DNA of 64,000 nt, taken from a virus. Taxonomy: Duplodnaviria > Heunggongvirae > Uroviricota > Caudoviricetes. The stretch lies in the IMG/VR virus record IMGVR_UViG_3300005831_000057; one strand, written 5' to 3'. The translations under genes and the position numbers were made by a program. Shown here one piece after another: positions 19,909-29,888 of the stretch (position 1 is its first letter; each line of letters opens with the position of its first letter). The notes beneath the pieces were generated by a model. The model saw only the letters and a program-made list of their open reading frames with translations, did not search any database and was not told where the DNA came from.

Positions 19909-20835
19909 TTAATGCGAATTTACATCAGCGTCGTGTAATGTCATAAGTTGTCTATATAAATCATAGCCTAACATATCTTGATACTTTTTATACGTTTTTT
20001 TATACTTCCAAGAATAAGGCATCATGTGTAAATTTACCAATGTAGATATATTAATTATTTCGCTATCAGAATATCCATCACGCAATTGCAAAATATCATA
20101 AGCTCCTACATTTTCATGGTTGTAATAGTGAGCATCACTGTCAACTTCTCCTAAATGATTCAAAAATGTCTTAGTAAATGGTTTTCCGATATCATGCAAC
20201 TTCGCAGCAACCACGACTAAATCTGAATCTTTTAGTAAATCACGATTAGCGTACTTATTAATTACTTGCCATGACGTGTTGTACATATGCTTTCCAAGCG
20301 TGTCTTTGTGGTGTGAGTTTTCTTGGTCAAATCTGCATATCTCTTCTGTAAGAAAGTCTTTAATAGTTTTAGGCTTAAACGATATAGGCGTATGTATTTT
20401 AATATCATTCCACCCTTCATACATAGATGGAGTATTCCAATTAGTATACATCTTTTTTATTACATATTCTGGTACAATTCTATCTCTATTATTGTTATTT
20501 TTGATGCATTCTTCATAAGTATTATAGGCGATATGACATTCTTTGAATACCTCTAAATTATTTTTTCTAGCAAAAGAATCTAACTCTAACAAGAAAGCCA
20601 TTCTCTTTTTTCTACAAATATTAGTTGCGTCATATACCACGTCTTTGCCATCTAATAATGTATTAAAAGTTCTTTCTTTCATAATCCTGAACACTTCTGT
20701 AGCATCTTTCTGCACCCTTTCGTCGCCATATAATTCTTCTCTTATACTATCTGACGAATGAACGATTCCAGTAGCAGATTTAGCCAATGTAGACTTTCCA
20801 CTAGCTGGCAATCCTACTAACATAGCAAATTTCAT
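19909..20835 (-). CDS. Polynucleotide-kinase-like P-loop kinase fused to an HD phosphohydrolase domain
   Basis: AAGGAGG RBS before MKFAMLVGLPASGKST (Walker A, T4 Pnkp-like N-terminus). C-terminal H...LHDIGK HD motif. Confidence 0.6.
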   Translation of the reverse strand: MKFAMLVGLPASGKSTLAKSATGIVHSSDSIREELYGDERVQKDATEVFRIMKERTFNTLLDGKDVVYDATNICRKKRMAFLLELDSFARKNNLEVFKECHIAYNTYEECIKNNNNRDRIVPEYVIKKMYTNWNTPSMYEGWNDIKIHTPISFKPKTIKDFLTEEICRFDQENSHHKDTLGKHMYNTSWQVINKYANRDLLKDSDLVVVAAKLHDIGKPFTKTFLNHLGEVDSDAHYYNHENVGAYDILQLRDGYSDSEIINISTLVNLHMMPYSWKYKKTYKKYQDMLGYDLYRQLMTLHDADVNSH

Positions 20836-20837
20836 AA

Positions 20838-21821
20838 TCAATCCTCCTTTAAACATCTTTTTATTTCAATAGCTATCCCTTTTATTACAGGTACGCATAC
20901 AGAGTTTCCTGCTTGTTTATACAATCTAGCATCACTCATATCATCTGGTAAAACATAATATTCAGGAAATCCTTGTGCATTAAAACATTCTCTTGGTGTC
21001 ATTTTTCTAATACCATGCTTAGTCTTTATTAAGCAAACGTTATGTCCGCCTTCCCCTTGATTTGCCGTAAGAGTTGGCACAACTCCTGATCGATTTTTTC
21101 TTACATACTTCCTTCTCCACTGATATATTGCTGGATTTTCTGGTTCATCATTTTTCATCCCATCCACTAAAGCATCGTATATTTCGCCTTTATACTTACC
21201 TAATGTATAATAATACTTTTCGTCAACCTTGTTATTAAAATCGATAATATCTTTTACTGTAGTTGTCAAATGGGTAGCAAGCGGCCAATGAAATTTTTCA
21301 TAATCTTCTTCATCTCTAAATGCCACAATGTAAATTCTTTCTCTGTTCTGTGCTATGTTTCCATAATTCATCGCATTTAATACTTGATAAGTGTATTTAT
21401 ATCCAAGTATATCTAGTTGTTCACAAATCACTCTGAATGTATTTCCGTTATCATGTCCAACAAGATTTTTTACATTTTCAAAAAAAGCAAATCTTGGTTT
21501 CTTATCCTCTAGTATGCGTGTTAATTCAAAAAACAGCTCTCCACGCCCTTTTTCATCTTCAAATCCTTTTCTGTATCCCGCAATAGAAAAAGACTGACAT
21601 GGAAATCCAGCTAGCATAATATCAAAATCAGGTATTTCTTCACTTTTTACATCGCATATATCTCTCATGTCTACTTTTATATCAAAATTAAGTTCAAATG
21701 TCTTTGTTGGGTATAGATCGATTTCATTTGCATAAATAGTTTTAAAAATTTCTGCGCTTTCAAATCCACAGTCGATACCTCCTACGCCAGCAAAAAAAGA
21801 TGCACACCTTAACATAATCAA
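20838..21821 (-). CDS. DNA (cytosine-5)-methyltransferase
   Basis: FAGVGG (motif I), GFPCQ (IV), ENV (VI), GNSV (X). Confidence 0.85.
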   Translation of the reverse strand: MIMLRCASFFAGVGGIDCGFESAEIFKTIYANEIDLYPTKTFELNFDIKVDMRDICDVKSEEIPDFDIMLAGFPCQSFSIAGYRKGFEDEKGRGELFFELTRILEDKKPRFAFFENVKNLVGHDNGNTFRVICEQLDILGYKYTYQVLNAMNYGNIAQNRERIYIVAFRDEEDYEKFHWPLATHLTTTVKDIIDFNNKVDEKYYYTLGKYKGEIYDALVDGMKNDEPENPAIYQWRRKYVRKNRSGVVPTLTANQGEGGHNVCLIKTKHGIRKMTPRECFNAQGFPEYYVLPDDMSDARLYKQAGNSVCVPVIKGIAIEIKRCLKED

Positions 21822-23095
21822 TCCTCCTTTAAATACTTTTTTATTTCAGACATCTTTATGTATTTTGGTGACTTGGTGTTTTCGTTTTGCTTTATATAAT
21901 TAACGCTCTTCCCAAGATGTCTTCTTATTACATATTTTGCAATGCTTTTATCTACATTATTTCTTACATAAATCATAAAATCTTTAGTGTTGTCAGTGCT
22001 GCGAATTGCATCGGTGATACTTCTATCCACATCTTCGTTTATTGTATAAAGATATCTAAACACAATGTCTGATATATATCCAACTCTATGCTTATACGCC
22101 GCTGGTACTTTACTTATAAAATCGTCAAAATTGCCATCTCCTATACATTTAATTATAAGATTTACCGAAGATGACTTGTCTAGTATCTTGTGGATATTAA
22201 CATAATCGTCATACTTTATCTTAACCTTAAATCCATCAATGTCTAGCACGAATCCTTCTGCTTCATTTGATCTTACATCTTTTAATGAATTAAAGACTTT
22301 ATCTAATGTAGTATCAAAGAGTCTAGTAGACTTAACACTATATTGAGTTGCGAAACCTATTACGTCTTCATAAGAAAATTCTATTCCATTATTATTGTCT
22401 CTTATTCCGATTAAATACATTCCTTCGTATTCTTTCTTATAAACAACTACATGTTGATCTTTTAATGATATATATTCAAATATAAACGTAAGACCAATGT
22501 TGCTTTTAATCATCTTCAAATAATTGTTGTCATTTTCAATCATACTGTAAGCGTCTTCAAGTCGCCAAGAAGTCTTCCTATTTATGCTCATACTGCTTGC
22601 CATAACTAAATTATCATTATACCAAGTTGCAGTCATCATAGATCCGTCAAGCTTATCCGAGAATTCTACACTGTTAGCGTTTTCTATCATAGCTGAAATA
22701 TTCTCATAACTAGTTTCGTCGCTCTCGTTGAGATTCCTAAATTTTCTAAATGGACAAAGTACAATTTCGTCAGATATTAAGTTTATAACTACTCCTCTAC
22801 ACTCTTTGTAAAATCCTCCATAAGAATCCCAGAATTTATCATACTTATTTACTTCTTCTGAATTATTGAATACACTTGAATAATTTCCGTATCTTATAAT
22901 CGCCAAATTATGATGATATGAAATTTGCAAATCTCTAAACAAGCAACGATATTCTTCTAAACCAAGTCTCTCTATCCAGTTCTCTATTATGGTATTACCT
23001 TCTAATGCTTTAAAATCAAAAGCATAGCCAAACCTTTTTACATATTCATCTTTTATTTCTACTACTTTATTTAAAACTGCGTTCCAAGACTTCAT
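21818..23095 (-). CDS. RNA ligase (Rnl1-like covalent nucleotidyltransferase)
   Basis: Motif I SDKLDGS (KxDG), motif III FEYIS, motif IV EGFVL, motif V KVKIK. Embedded with the kinase and phosphatase genes. Confidence 0.6.
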   Translation of the reverse strand: MKSWNAVLNKVVEIKDEYVKRFGYAFDFKALEGNTIIENWIERLGLEEYRCLFRDLQISYHHNLAIIRYGNYSSVFNNSEEVNKYDKFWDSYGGFYKECRGVVINLISDEIVLCPFRKFRNLNESDETSYENISAMIENANSVEFSDKLDGSMMTATWYNDNLVMASSMSINRKTSWRLEDAYSMIENDNNYLKMIKSNIGLTFIFEYISLKDQHVVVYKKEYEGMYLIGIRDNNNGIEFSYEDVIGFATQYSVKSTRLFDTTLDKVFNSLKDVRSNEAEGFVLDIDGFKVKIKYDDYVNIHKILDKSSSVNLIIKCIGDGNFDDFISKVPAAYKHRVGYISDIVFRYLYTINEDVDRSITDAIRSTDNTKDFMIYVRNNVDKSIAKYVIRRHLGKSVNYIKQNENTKSPKYIKMSEIKKYLKED

Positions 23096-23123
23096 AATTA
23101 ACCTCCTTAATTATCATAAACAT

Positions 23124-23152
23124 ATTGTATCACATCACCGATGGTATGTCAA
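23124..23152 (-). promoter_or_regulatory. Sigma-A promoter with extended -10 (minus strand), driving the ligase-Dcm-kinase-phosphatase block
   Basis: Reverse complement reads AAAAAAAA..GTGTTGACAtaccatcggtgatgTGaTACAAT. Confidence 0.5.
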
Positions 23153-23217
23153 CACTTTATTCAAAAAAAAGATAAGAAAGCCAATTAAAACTTCCTCATC
23201 TTCTATTTATACACTTA

Positions 23218-23712
23218 TTAGTAGCGATTAACATAATCTAATCTTGTAACTTCAAATACTTTCTTATCGTGAAATTCTCCATCGAGTAAGATATCTTCGT
23301 TTTTATAAACTCCAACAACTCTACCTCCAAAATTATTAACAATTCTTTCATATTTTTCTATAGCTGGATTTCTAGTGTAACATCCAAAATTAAGCTTATT
23401 AAACTTGAACTTCATAAATATATCATCAAATAATTTTAGTAGATCTAGTCCAAACATAGGGTTGTCTGAAAAGTTTATAATAGACAATCCACTTGCATTA
23501 TTTGTAGTTCTATCAATTTCATACGAAAAATATCCTATTACATTACTATCTTTATCTATGCTTACAAATTCATGAGAACTCCATGTGTTTTCGCTGCATG
23601 TATATGACTTTCTGTAATTGCCACAAAACGCAAACATATATTTCAAATCTAGTCCAATATTTGTAAATAAATCTTTTAATTCTGATTCATATTTAGCAGC
23701 TATGTCAATCAT
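23218..23712 (-). CDS. Hypothetical protein, possibly GNAT-like acetyltransferase
   Basis: 164 aa. NPAIEKYERIVNNFGG is reminiscent of the GNAT motif A region. Weak call. Confidence 0.3.
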   Translation of the reverse strand: MIDIAAKYESELKDLFTNIGLDLKYMFAFCGNYRKSYTCSENTWSSHEFVSIDKDSNVIGYFSYEIDRTTNNASGLSIINFSDNPMFGLDLLKLFDDIFMKFKFNKLNFGCYTRNPAIEKYERIVNNFGGRVVGVYKNEDILLDGEFHDKKVFEVTRLDYVNRY

Positions 23713-23917
23713 TATTGTCTCCCAATTCTATTTTATTTCTTTGTGCGATATTATAATCGTTAGCATGTTGAGAAAACACTTCTTTCCCACAACTATTACA
23801 CAAGCAGATTTTACCATGATAATTATACTTTTCGCCATCGACCACTGTATACATAAGTTTCCATATAGTAACATGCGTAACATCTTTTTTGCAATTACCA
23901 CAAAATACTTTTCTCAT
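23705..23917 (-). CDS. Small zinc-ribbon protein
   Basis: CGNC...CNSC cysteine pairs. Confidence 0.3.
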   Translation of the reverse strand: MRKVFCGNCKKDVTHVTIWKLMYTVVDGEKYNYHGKICLCNSCGKEVFSQHANDYNIAQRNKIELGDNND

Positions 23918-23930
23918 AAAAGTCTCCTTG

Positions 23931-24161
23931 CTATTTTATTTCATTGAGTAATTTTAGTTTAATATGGCGCAACGCAAGGTCATATATTCCAAGATTCTTA
24001 CATTCTTCAATTGGTATAGTTTTATATCTATCTCGCATTATGTTAACTCCAAGCCTAGTATTCCAGTTTTTATGACCGCCAGAAACTTTATCTTCTACAT
24101 ATATTTCGTATGCAACATCATATTCAACTCCATCGTGAAGTATTTTAATTTTCATATACAT
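23931..24161 (-). CDS. Hypothetical protein
   Basis: 76 aa ORF directly downstream of nrdD. Confidence 0.3.
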   Translation of the reverse strand: MYMKIKILHDGVEYDVAYEIYVEDKVSGGHKNWNTRLGVNIMRDRYKTIPIEECKNLGIYDLALRHIKLKLLNEIK

Positions 24162-24165
24162 CCTC

Positions 24166-26304
24166 CTATAAATGCAACTTTCTTTCTTTTATCTCTTTTG
24201 TCTTGCCTAGATTCCAGAAATTAGTTCCGAGATATCCACAAGTTCTTCTAGTTATAGTCAGCTTAGATTCGTCACGATTATTACAATTAGGGCAATACCA
24301 TTTTATATTTTCATCTATCAACATTTCGCCTTCAAATCCACATACTTGACAGTAATCACATTTTGTATTAAATTCTGCATACTGAATTGTATCGTATATA
24401 AATTTTATTCCAGATTCTACAGCCTCGATATTATGCATCATATATGGGATTTCTGCGTAACTTATACATCCTCCGTTAGATATTGGCTGAAACTGCGACT
24501 CAAACATGAACTTACTAAACATGTCTATTTTCTCTCTTACGTCAACATGATAAGAATTGGTGTAATAACCTTTATCAGTTACGTTTTCTATAATTCCAAA
24601 TTGCTCTGTGTCTATTTTGGCAAATCTGTAACATAAAGACTCAGCTGGAGATCCATACAATCCAAATCCTATAGTGGTATCGTTCTTCCATCTTTCAGTA
24701 GTTTCCCTTAGTTTATTCATAACTCTTAAAGAGAACTTAAGTCCGTCTGTTTCTGTGTGGCTTTTACCAGTCATAAGTATTGATAGTTCGTATAAACCAA
24801 TATACCCAAGCGAAATTGTGGAATATCCATTATATAAATACTTATCTATAACCTCTCCTTTGTCTAGCCTTGCTATAGCGCCGTCTTGCCAATGTATAGG
24901 ACTTGCGTCTGAAATAGTTCCTTTTAATAGTTTATGCTTACACATCAACACTTCGTAACACATTTCTAGTCTTTCTTCCAATATTTTCCAAAACGTATCT
25001 TCGTCGCCATTACTTACAATTCCTATTTGTGGTAGATTAATACTGACAACTCCTTGATTAAACCTTCCTTCCCACTTATAATTACCATCTTCATCTTTGA
25101 AATTAGACAAGAAACTTCTACATCCCATACTCGAAAATACTTCTCCGTCATAAGCCTCTCGCATCTTTTTGGCAGAAATATAGTCTGGGTACATTCTTTT
25201 AGCACTGCATTTAGCACACAACTTTGTTATGTAATCGAACTTACCACCGCTAAGATTGTTATTCTCATCAAGTACATATATCAACTTTGGGAAAGCTGGA
25301 GTTATATTAGCATCTTGCTTATTCGTGATTCCTTCATATCTTTGTTTGATGATTTCGTATACAATCATTTGAATCTCGTCTATATATTCGTCTGACTCAT
25401 CGAGGTGTAAAAATATTGTAACAAAAGGGGATTGTCCATTAGTCGTCATAAGTGTATTAATCTGGTACTGAATCGTCTGTACACCAGACTTTAAATCATC
25501 CATCATCCTATCTATCGCCAAAGTGTTTGATAAACTCTCGCCAAATCCTAAATCGTTATGATAGTGGCAAAATGCTTTAATGCGTGTCTTTCTAAGATAT
25601 TTTCCAAGATGTTTTATGTTTACAGATTGTCCACCAAACTGACTACTTGCTACTGCTGCCATAATTTGCGTCATTACTGTACATGCCACTTGAAAACTTT
25701 TTGGACTTTCAATTTTAATCCCATTTATAGATGTCCCATTGTCTAACATATCTTTTATGTCGATTAAACAACAATTAAACATTCCTTTTTGCATAGAATA
25801 GTCTAAGTCGTGAACATGGTAAATTCCTTTGTCATGAGCATCAATCACATGTTGTGGAAATAAAATTCTTCTTGCTATATCTTTAGACGTTTCGCCAGCA
25901 ATCAAATCTCTTTGTGTAGAATTTAGAATAGAGTTTTTATTTGAGTTATCATAAGACACTTCATTTTTTTCTCTGTTGATTAGTTGCATAATGCTATCGT
26001 CGGTAGTATTTGATTCTCGTATCATACTTCTTTTATATCTATATAGCATATAATTCTTAGCTAAATCTTTATTTGGCAAATTCATCAATGCATTTTCTAT
26101 TTCGTTTTGGATATCCTCTACGGTTATTAATCCATCTTCTAAGCATATATAGTTGGCAACTTGACTTGTAATGTCTTCTGCCAATTCTAAGTCTTCGTCG
26201 TCTAAATCTGTCTTATATAATCCCTTCATGGAACTGCATATTGCGTTAAAAATCTTGCGACTATCAAACTTTACCTCTTCGCCATTTCTTTTAATTATAA
26301 TCAT
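24166..26304 (-). CDS. nrdD: Anaerobic ribonucleoside-triphosphate reductase (class III RNR)
   Basis: N-terminal ATP-cone. C-terminal zinc ribbon CDYCQVCG...CPNC and the glycyl-radical motif RRTCGYLG. Confidence 0.9.
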   Translation of the reverse strand: MIIIKRNGEEVKFDSRKIFNAICSSMKGLYKTDLDDEDLELAEDITSQVANYICLEDGLITVEDIQNEIENALMNLPNKDLAKNYMLYRYKRSMIRESNTTDDSIMQLINREKNEVSYDNSNKNSILNSTQRDLIAGETSKDIARRILFPQHVIDAHDKGIYHVHDLDYSMQKGMFNCCLIDIKDMLDNGTSINGIKIESPKSFQVACTVMTQIMAAVASSQFGGQSVNIKHLGKYLRKTRIKAFCHYHNDLGFGESLSNTLAIDRMMDDLKSGVQTIQYQINTLMTTNGQSPFVTIFLHLDESDEYIDEIQMIVYEIIKQRYEGITNKQDANITPAFPKLIYVLDENNNLSGGKFDYITKLCAKCSAKRMYPDYISAKKMREAYDGEVFSSMGCRSFLSNFKDEDGNYKWEGRFNQGVVSINLPQIGIVSNGDEDTFWKILEERLEMCYEVLMCKHKLLKGTISDASPIHWQDGAIARLDKGEVIDKYLYNGYSTISLGYIGLYELSILMTGKSHTETDGLKFSLRVMNKLRETTERWKNDTTIGFGLYGSPAESLCYRFAKIDTEQFGIIENVTDKGYYTNSYHVDVREKIDMFSKFMFESQFQPISNGGCISYAEIPYMMHNIEAVESGIKFIYDTIQYAEFNTKCDYCQVCGFEGEMLIDENIKWYCPNCNNRDESKLTITRRTCGYLGTNFWNLGKTKEIKERKLHL

Positions 26305-26322
26305 TTACTCTCCTTGTCGATA

Positions 26323-26508
26323 TTATTTATTTTCATTACTATTTCCGAACTCTTTCAGATTATCAAACATAAGACCATCTTCAATGTAAAAAATATCATA
26401 TCCATATGAACATATTGATACAATTTGTCCTAGCCTTAAATCTGGGTTGTCTTTCCAAATATCTCTAAGCTTATCAACTATAACATCTATTCTTGATTCG
26501 TCTCTCAT
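26323..26508 (-). CDS. Hypothetical small protein
   Basis: 61 aa ORF coupled to nrdD. Confidence 0.3.
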   Translation of the reverse strand: MRDESRIDVIVDKLRDIWKDNPDLRLGQIVSICSYGYDIFYIEDGLMFDNLKEFGNSNENK

Positions 26509-26786
26509 GCACAGTCTCCCATAACTTTAATAGATTCTATTTTACTAGCCATAATAATTATAGAACTATTATTGTCTTCCCAATCTCTAAATTCTATCAA
26601 CTTATCAGATCTAAGTATAAATGTTTTAATCTCTTGCGTAGTAGATACTGCCGATAAATACATGCAGTTTAATACGTCACCAGAACTCATTACGATTCTT
26701 AGCTTGTACTTATAAAATACTCTGTCGTCTGTGACACTTTCTGTTTTTGTCATATTTAATCCTTTCGTATACCTAAAACTCCACAC
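26505..26786 (-). CDS. Hypothetical protein
   Basis: 93 aa ORF. Confidence 0.3.
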   Translation of the reverse strand: MWSFRYTKGLNMTKTESVTDDRVFYKYKLRIVMSSGDVLNCMYLSAVSTTQEIKTFILRSDKLIEFRDWEDNNSSIIIMASKIESIKVMGDCA

Positions 26787-26819
26787 AAGATATACTCATA
26801 TGGAGTTTATTAAGGTATG

Positions 26820-27038
26820 TTATTTTATTCTTTCTATCTTTAAAATCTCGGAACTTCTAATAGCTATTGACGTGCTGTTTAGATTCACCACTCCGTCACT
26901 AATCTTAGATATTACTCCAATAAACGGATTGTGTTTAATCGTTGTGTATAATGCCACTTTGTCATCTTTTATAAATATTGTTTTCGCTTCGTTATATAAT
27001 ACATGCTGATTTGTACCAAGTTTCAAAGTTGAAATCAT
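26820..27038 (-). CDS. Hypothetical protein
   Basis: 72 aa ORF. Confidence 0.3.
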   Translation of the reverse strand: MISTLKLGTNQHVLYNEAKTIFIKDDKVALYTTIKHNPFIGVISKISDGVVNLNSTSIAIRSSEILKIERIK

Positions 27039-27195
27039 ATTTATGTCTCCTTATATTCTGCACATTTTATATCTTCGTGCATGTTATTTTGTATTTTTGA
27101 CGCAGAGTGCTCGTCCTTTTGATATTTACACTTACAATCATTATTCTTGAAATCGATATCATGATTTTTACAATTCCTGCAATTACTCATTAATG

Positions 27196-27636
27196 TTACC
27201 ATACGAAAGATATCGAAACGCTGTGTGTTTTAGGAGTTTCTCTTTCCCATAATAAATCTCTTGTATCTGCGTTAAATTTTAATTGATCAATTCCTACTTC
27301 TTTTGACAATCCATAAACTTTCATGATGTCGTATTTTTCATTTTTAGTATTGGTAAAATCTGACTTATATCTTCCAGCTCTAATAATTTCATTACCTTTT
27401 TGGTCTACTAGATTGTTATACTCGCTGCATGAAGAAACCATTAAAATTCTTCCATCTCTGATTTCTACCATCATAAATGGCTTTAAAGCTACTGGAGTAT
27501 CTTGTCTGTAAGAGCCATTGAATAATTCACTATAATTAATATATCTTTCATTCGTACTATCAACCACATAATCATTATGAACTCCAAATGGAGCATCTAA
27601 CACTACAACGTCGCCAATTCTTAATCCTTTAATCAT
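27196..27636 (-). CDS. Hypothetical protein
   Basis: 146 aa ORF. Confidence 0.35.
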   Translation of the reverse strand: MIKGLRIGDVVVLDAPFGVHNDYVVDSTNERYINYSELFNGSYRQDTPVALKPFMMVEIRDGRILMVSSCSEYNNLVDQKGNEIIRAGRYKSDFTNTKNEKYDIMKVYGLSKEVGIDQLKFNADTRDLLWERETPKTHSVSISFVW

Positions 27637-27906
27637 AATATTCTCCTTTATTTTGTCTTATTTTATTTTTTTAACACACTTATTAACTACTATCTTAGAT
27701 CATTAATGTAACATTCCTTGTTATTTAGCTTGTCACATAATTCTTCCATGTCATTTTCTTTCTTAGATCTGATTCCAGTATAAGACTTAAGTCCATGCTC
27801 GCTTTCTGCTTCGAAAATGCAAAAATTACCATCTACTAACTTTGTACTATAGAATTTGTTCATTAATTTTCTCCTTTCTAGTTATTTTATTTATACTCCC
27901 CGTATA

Positions 27907-28065
27907 CTAACCGAATTTCTTCATTAATTTTTCTGCTTCACTTATTGAAAGAGCTGGTATGCCTTTTTTTGGACAGTCATCATATAAAACGCATGATTTT
28001 TTTTCACATACTACTCTTTTACAGTAATTTTGTAAGCTAAGGATATTCTTTTGGTGCTTTGTCAT
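27907..28065 (-). CDS. Small Cys-containing protein (52 aa)
   Basis: GGAGGAAGG RBS. Lies downstream of a consensus promoter. Not in the ORF track because it is under 60 aa. Confidence 0.3.
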   Translation of the reverse strand: MTKHQKNILSLQNYCKRVVCEKKSCVLYDDCPKKGIPALSISEAEKLMKKFG

Positions 28066-28096
28066 TTTTCCTTCCTCCTTTCTTTATCATATACTT

Positions 28097-28125
28097 ATTA
28101 TATCATATATCTTTTTGGTTGTCAA
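28097..28125 (-). promoter_or_regulatory. Consensus sigma-A promoter (minus strand): TTGACA-N17-TATAAT with an upstream A-tract
   Basis: Reverse complement reads AAAAAAAAGTATTGACAaccaaaaagatatatgaTATAAT. Overlaps the last codons of the 2TM gene. Confidence 0.55.
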
Positions 28126-28366
28126 TACTTTTTTTTACATTATTTAAATTATTTTTCTTTATTACTTTAGCTATAAATAAATCTATAAAGTATCTTGGAA
28201 TGTAGTTTATAGAAAAACATGTAAATAAGCATATTGCAAATCTATCAAGGGCTGAATCTACACATATTTCAAGCTTTATAGTTATTAAGAAAATCAATAC
28301 TATAGACGACATAGATAGTATCATTGTTGATATAAATTCTGATAGGAACTTATCTAATTTATTCAT
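28103..28366 (-). CDS. Small two-helix membrane protein (last gene of the MTase-NTase cassette)
   Basis: 87 aa, two hydrophobic helices. Its start overlaps the upstream stop (ATGA). Confidence 0.4.
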   Translation of the reverse strand: MNKLDKFLSEFISTMILSMSSIVLIFLITIKLEICVDSALDRFAICLFTCFSINYIPRYFIDLFIAKVIKKNNLNNVKKSIDNQKDI

Positions 28367-28806
28367 AAGTTATCTGTTTTAATCATATATATAACTGCGT
28401 CAACACGATTGTCTTCGAGTTCTTTACGTATAATATCTATAAGGAAATTATATTTATCCTTATCTTCTAAGTAAAACGCAATAGAACATATGTTTCTGCG
28501 TGCCCAATCCTTAATATTACTTATATTTTTGCGAATAAATTCAATATTTCCGTCATAATCATCATGTCCAATATATGTCAAGGCAGAACTTACAAAAACT
28601 CTGTCTGAAAATGTCCAATCATTACGCATTGATAAGAAATTTATACTAGATAGAAATCTTGCATAATCAGACTTGGCTGTCTTGTTAATACTAAAACACT
28701 CTTCTACTATTTTGTTATTCATTCCTTCTCCATCACGTCCGCTTATAAAAAAATCCACACGTCTTTCTTCTTTCTTGTATTCTTCAATATCTAATACTTC
28801 TATCAT
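28363..28806 (-). CDS. Hypothetical soluble protein of the NTase cassette
   Basis: 147 aa. ATGA overlaps with both neighbours. Confidence 0.35.
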   Translation of the reverse strand: MIEVLDIEEYKKEERRVDFFISGRDGEGMNNKIVEECFSINKTAKSDYARFLSSINFLSMRNDWTFSDRVFVSSALTYIGHDDYDGNIEFIRKNISNIKDWARRNICSIAFYLEDKDKYNFLIDIIRKELEDNRVDAVIYMIKTDNL

Positions 28807-29888
28807 ACTTTCACTCCTTTGTTATTTTTTATATTTCCAACTACAATTCTTTCGTTTACCGACATTGTAAAATCTCTTATTTTCTTATAGTCGGGCTTAT
28901 CTGACAACTCTGTGTTTTTCTTTGCGTATTCTAACTTTTGTTCGTAATCTGCTATTATGTCGAAGAATTCTGTCACAACTTGCTTATTATCGTCTAAATA
29001 TTTACCATTTCTTATATCCATTAATAGATCATGCTCAGCGTCTCTATAAGTTACTATCTTTTGTTTCTCAAGTATATCTAAGCACATAATATATAATCTT
29101 AATAGGTGGCACATATGCTTTCCAAGTTTATCATGTTTCGCAGCGTTTTCGTTACGCTTACCTAAAACTCCATATTCTTTTACAATCGACTGCATTTCTG
29201 ACATCATCGACTTATAATCTCTTAATGGATAATTCTTAAAGTTTACATCCATAAAAATTTCAGTATCATATTCTTCTTGTGCTGACTCGCCAATATACAA
29301 ATTGATATTATCATCATCGTTGCTAAAATACCTATCTTTAAAATAATATTTGGCATTATTCAGTGTATTTAATATATGCTGCTCTCTTTCAGAATGAGAT
29401 ACGTCACGTTTAGATTTGTTAGTAAGTCGTCTAAGCTGTTGATTGGCATATCCTCCAAATGAATGAATTGCTAGTTTTGATAAGAATAAATCGCTATTAT
29501 CTAAAAGTTCTTGTCCAATATCGCTAACATGTAAATAATGTTCTTTGTTACATCCTAGAATTTCAATAGTGTTTGGATTGCAATTGGTTAAAAGTGTGAT
29601 TATTTTGTTAAATGAATAAATTGTAGTGTCAGTTTCGTTGTTAATAAATTGGTTAAAGTTACTATTTGTCAAGATATCTTCTTTTGAGTTTAAAGCAATT
29701 CCTCTTACATCTAGGTCACTGTCTTCGTTGTTAGTGCCATAAGCATAACTTCCACCAAGTGTTAGTAATATTATATTATCTTTTAATCTTGGTTCATCTC
29801 TAAGAAAGCTATATTTATCCGAATTTACTAACTGTTTGATTTCTTCTAAATTCATGACTCGCTCCTTTCTAAAACACATATTAACCAT
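28803..29888 (-). CDS. Pol-beta-superfamily nucleotidyltransferase (GS...DxD) with a helical C-terminal domain
   Basis: LGGSYAYGTNNEDSDLDVRG matches the minimal NTase G[GS]x(9-13)DxD signature. The true start may be the internal MNLEEI. Confidence 0.55.
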   Translation of the reverse strand: MVNMCFRKERVMNLEEIKQLVNSDKYSFLRDEPRLKDNIILLTLGGSYAYGTNNEDSDLDVRGIALNSKEDILTNSNFNQFINNETDTTIYSFNKIITLLTNCNPNTIEILGCNKEHYLHVSDIGQELLDNSDLFLSKLAIHSFGGYANQQLRRLTNKSKRDVSHSEREQHILNTLNNAKYYFKDRYFSNDDDNINLYIGESAQEEYDTEIFMDVNFKNYPLRDYKSMMSEMQSIVKEYGVLGKRNENAAKHDKLGKHMCHLLRLYIMCLDILEKQKIVTYRDAEHDLLMDIRNGKYLDDNKQVVTEFFDIIADYEQKLEYAKKNTELSDKPDYKKIRDFTMSVNERIVVGNIKNNKGVKV

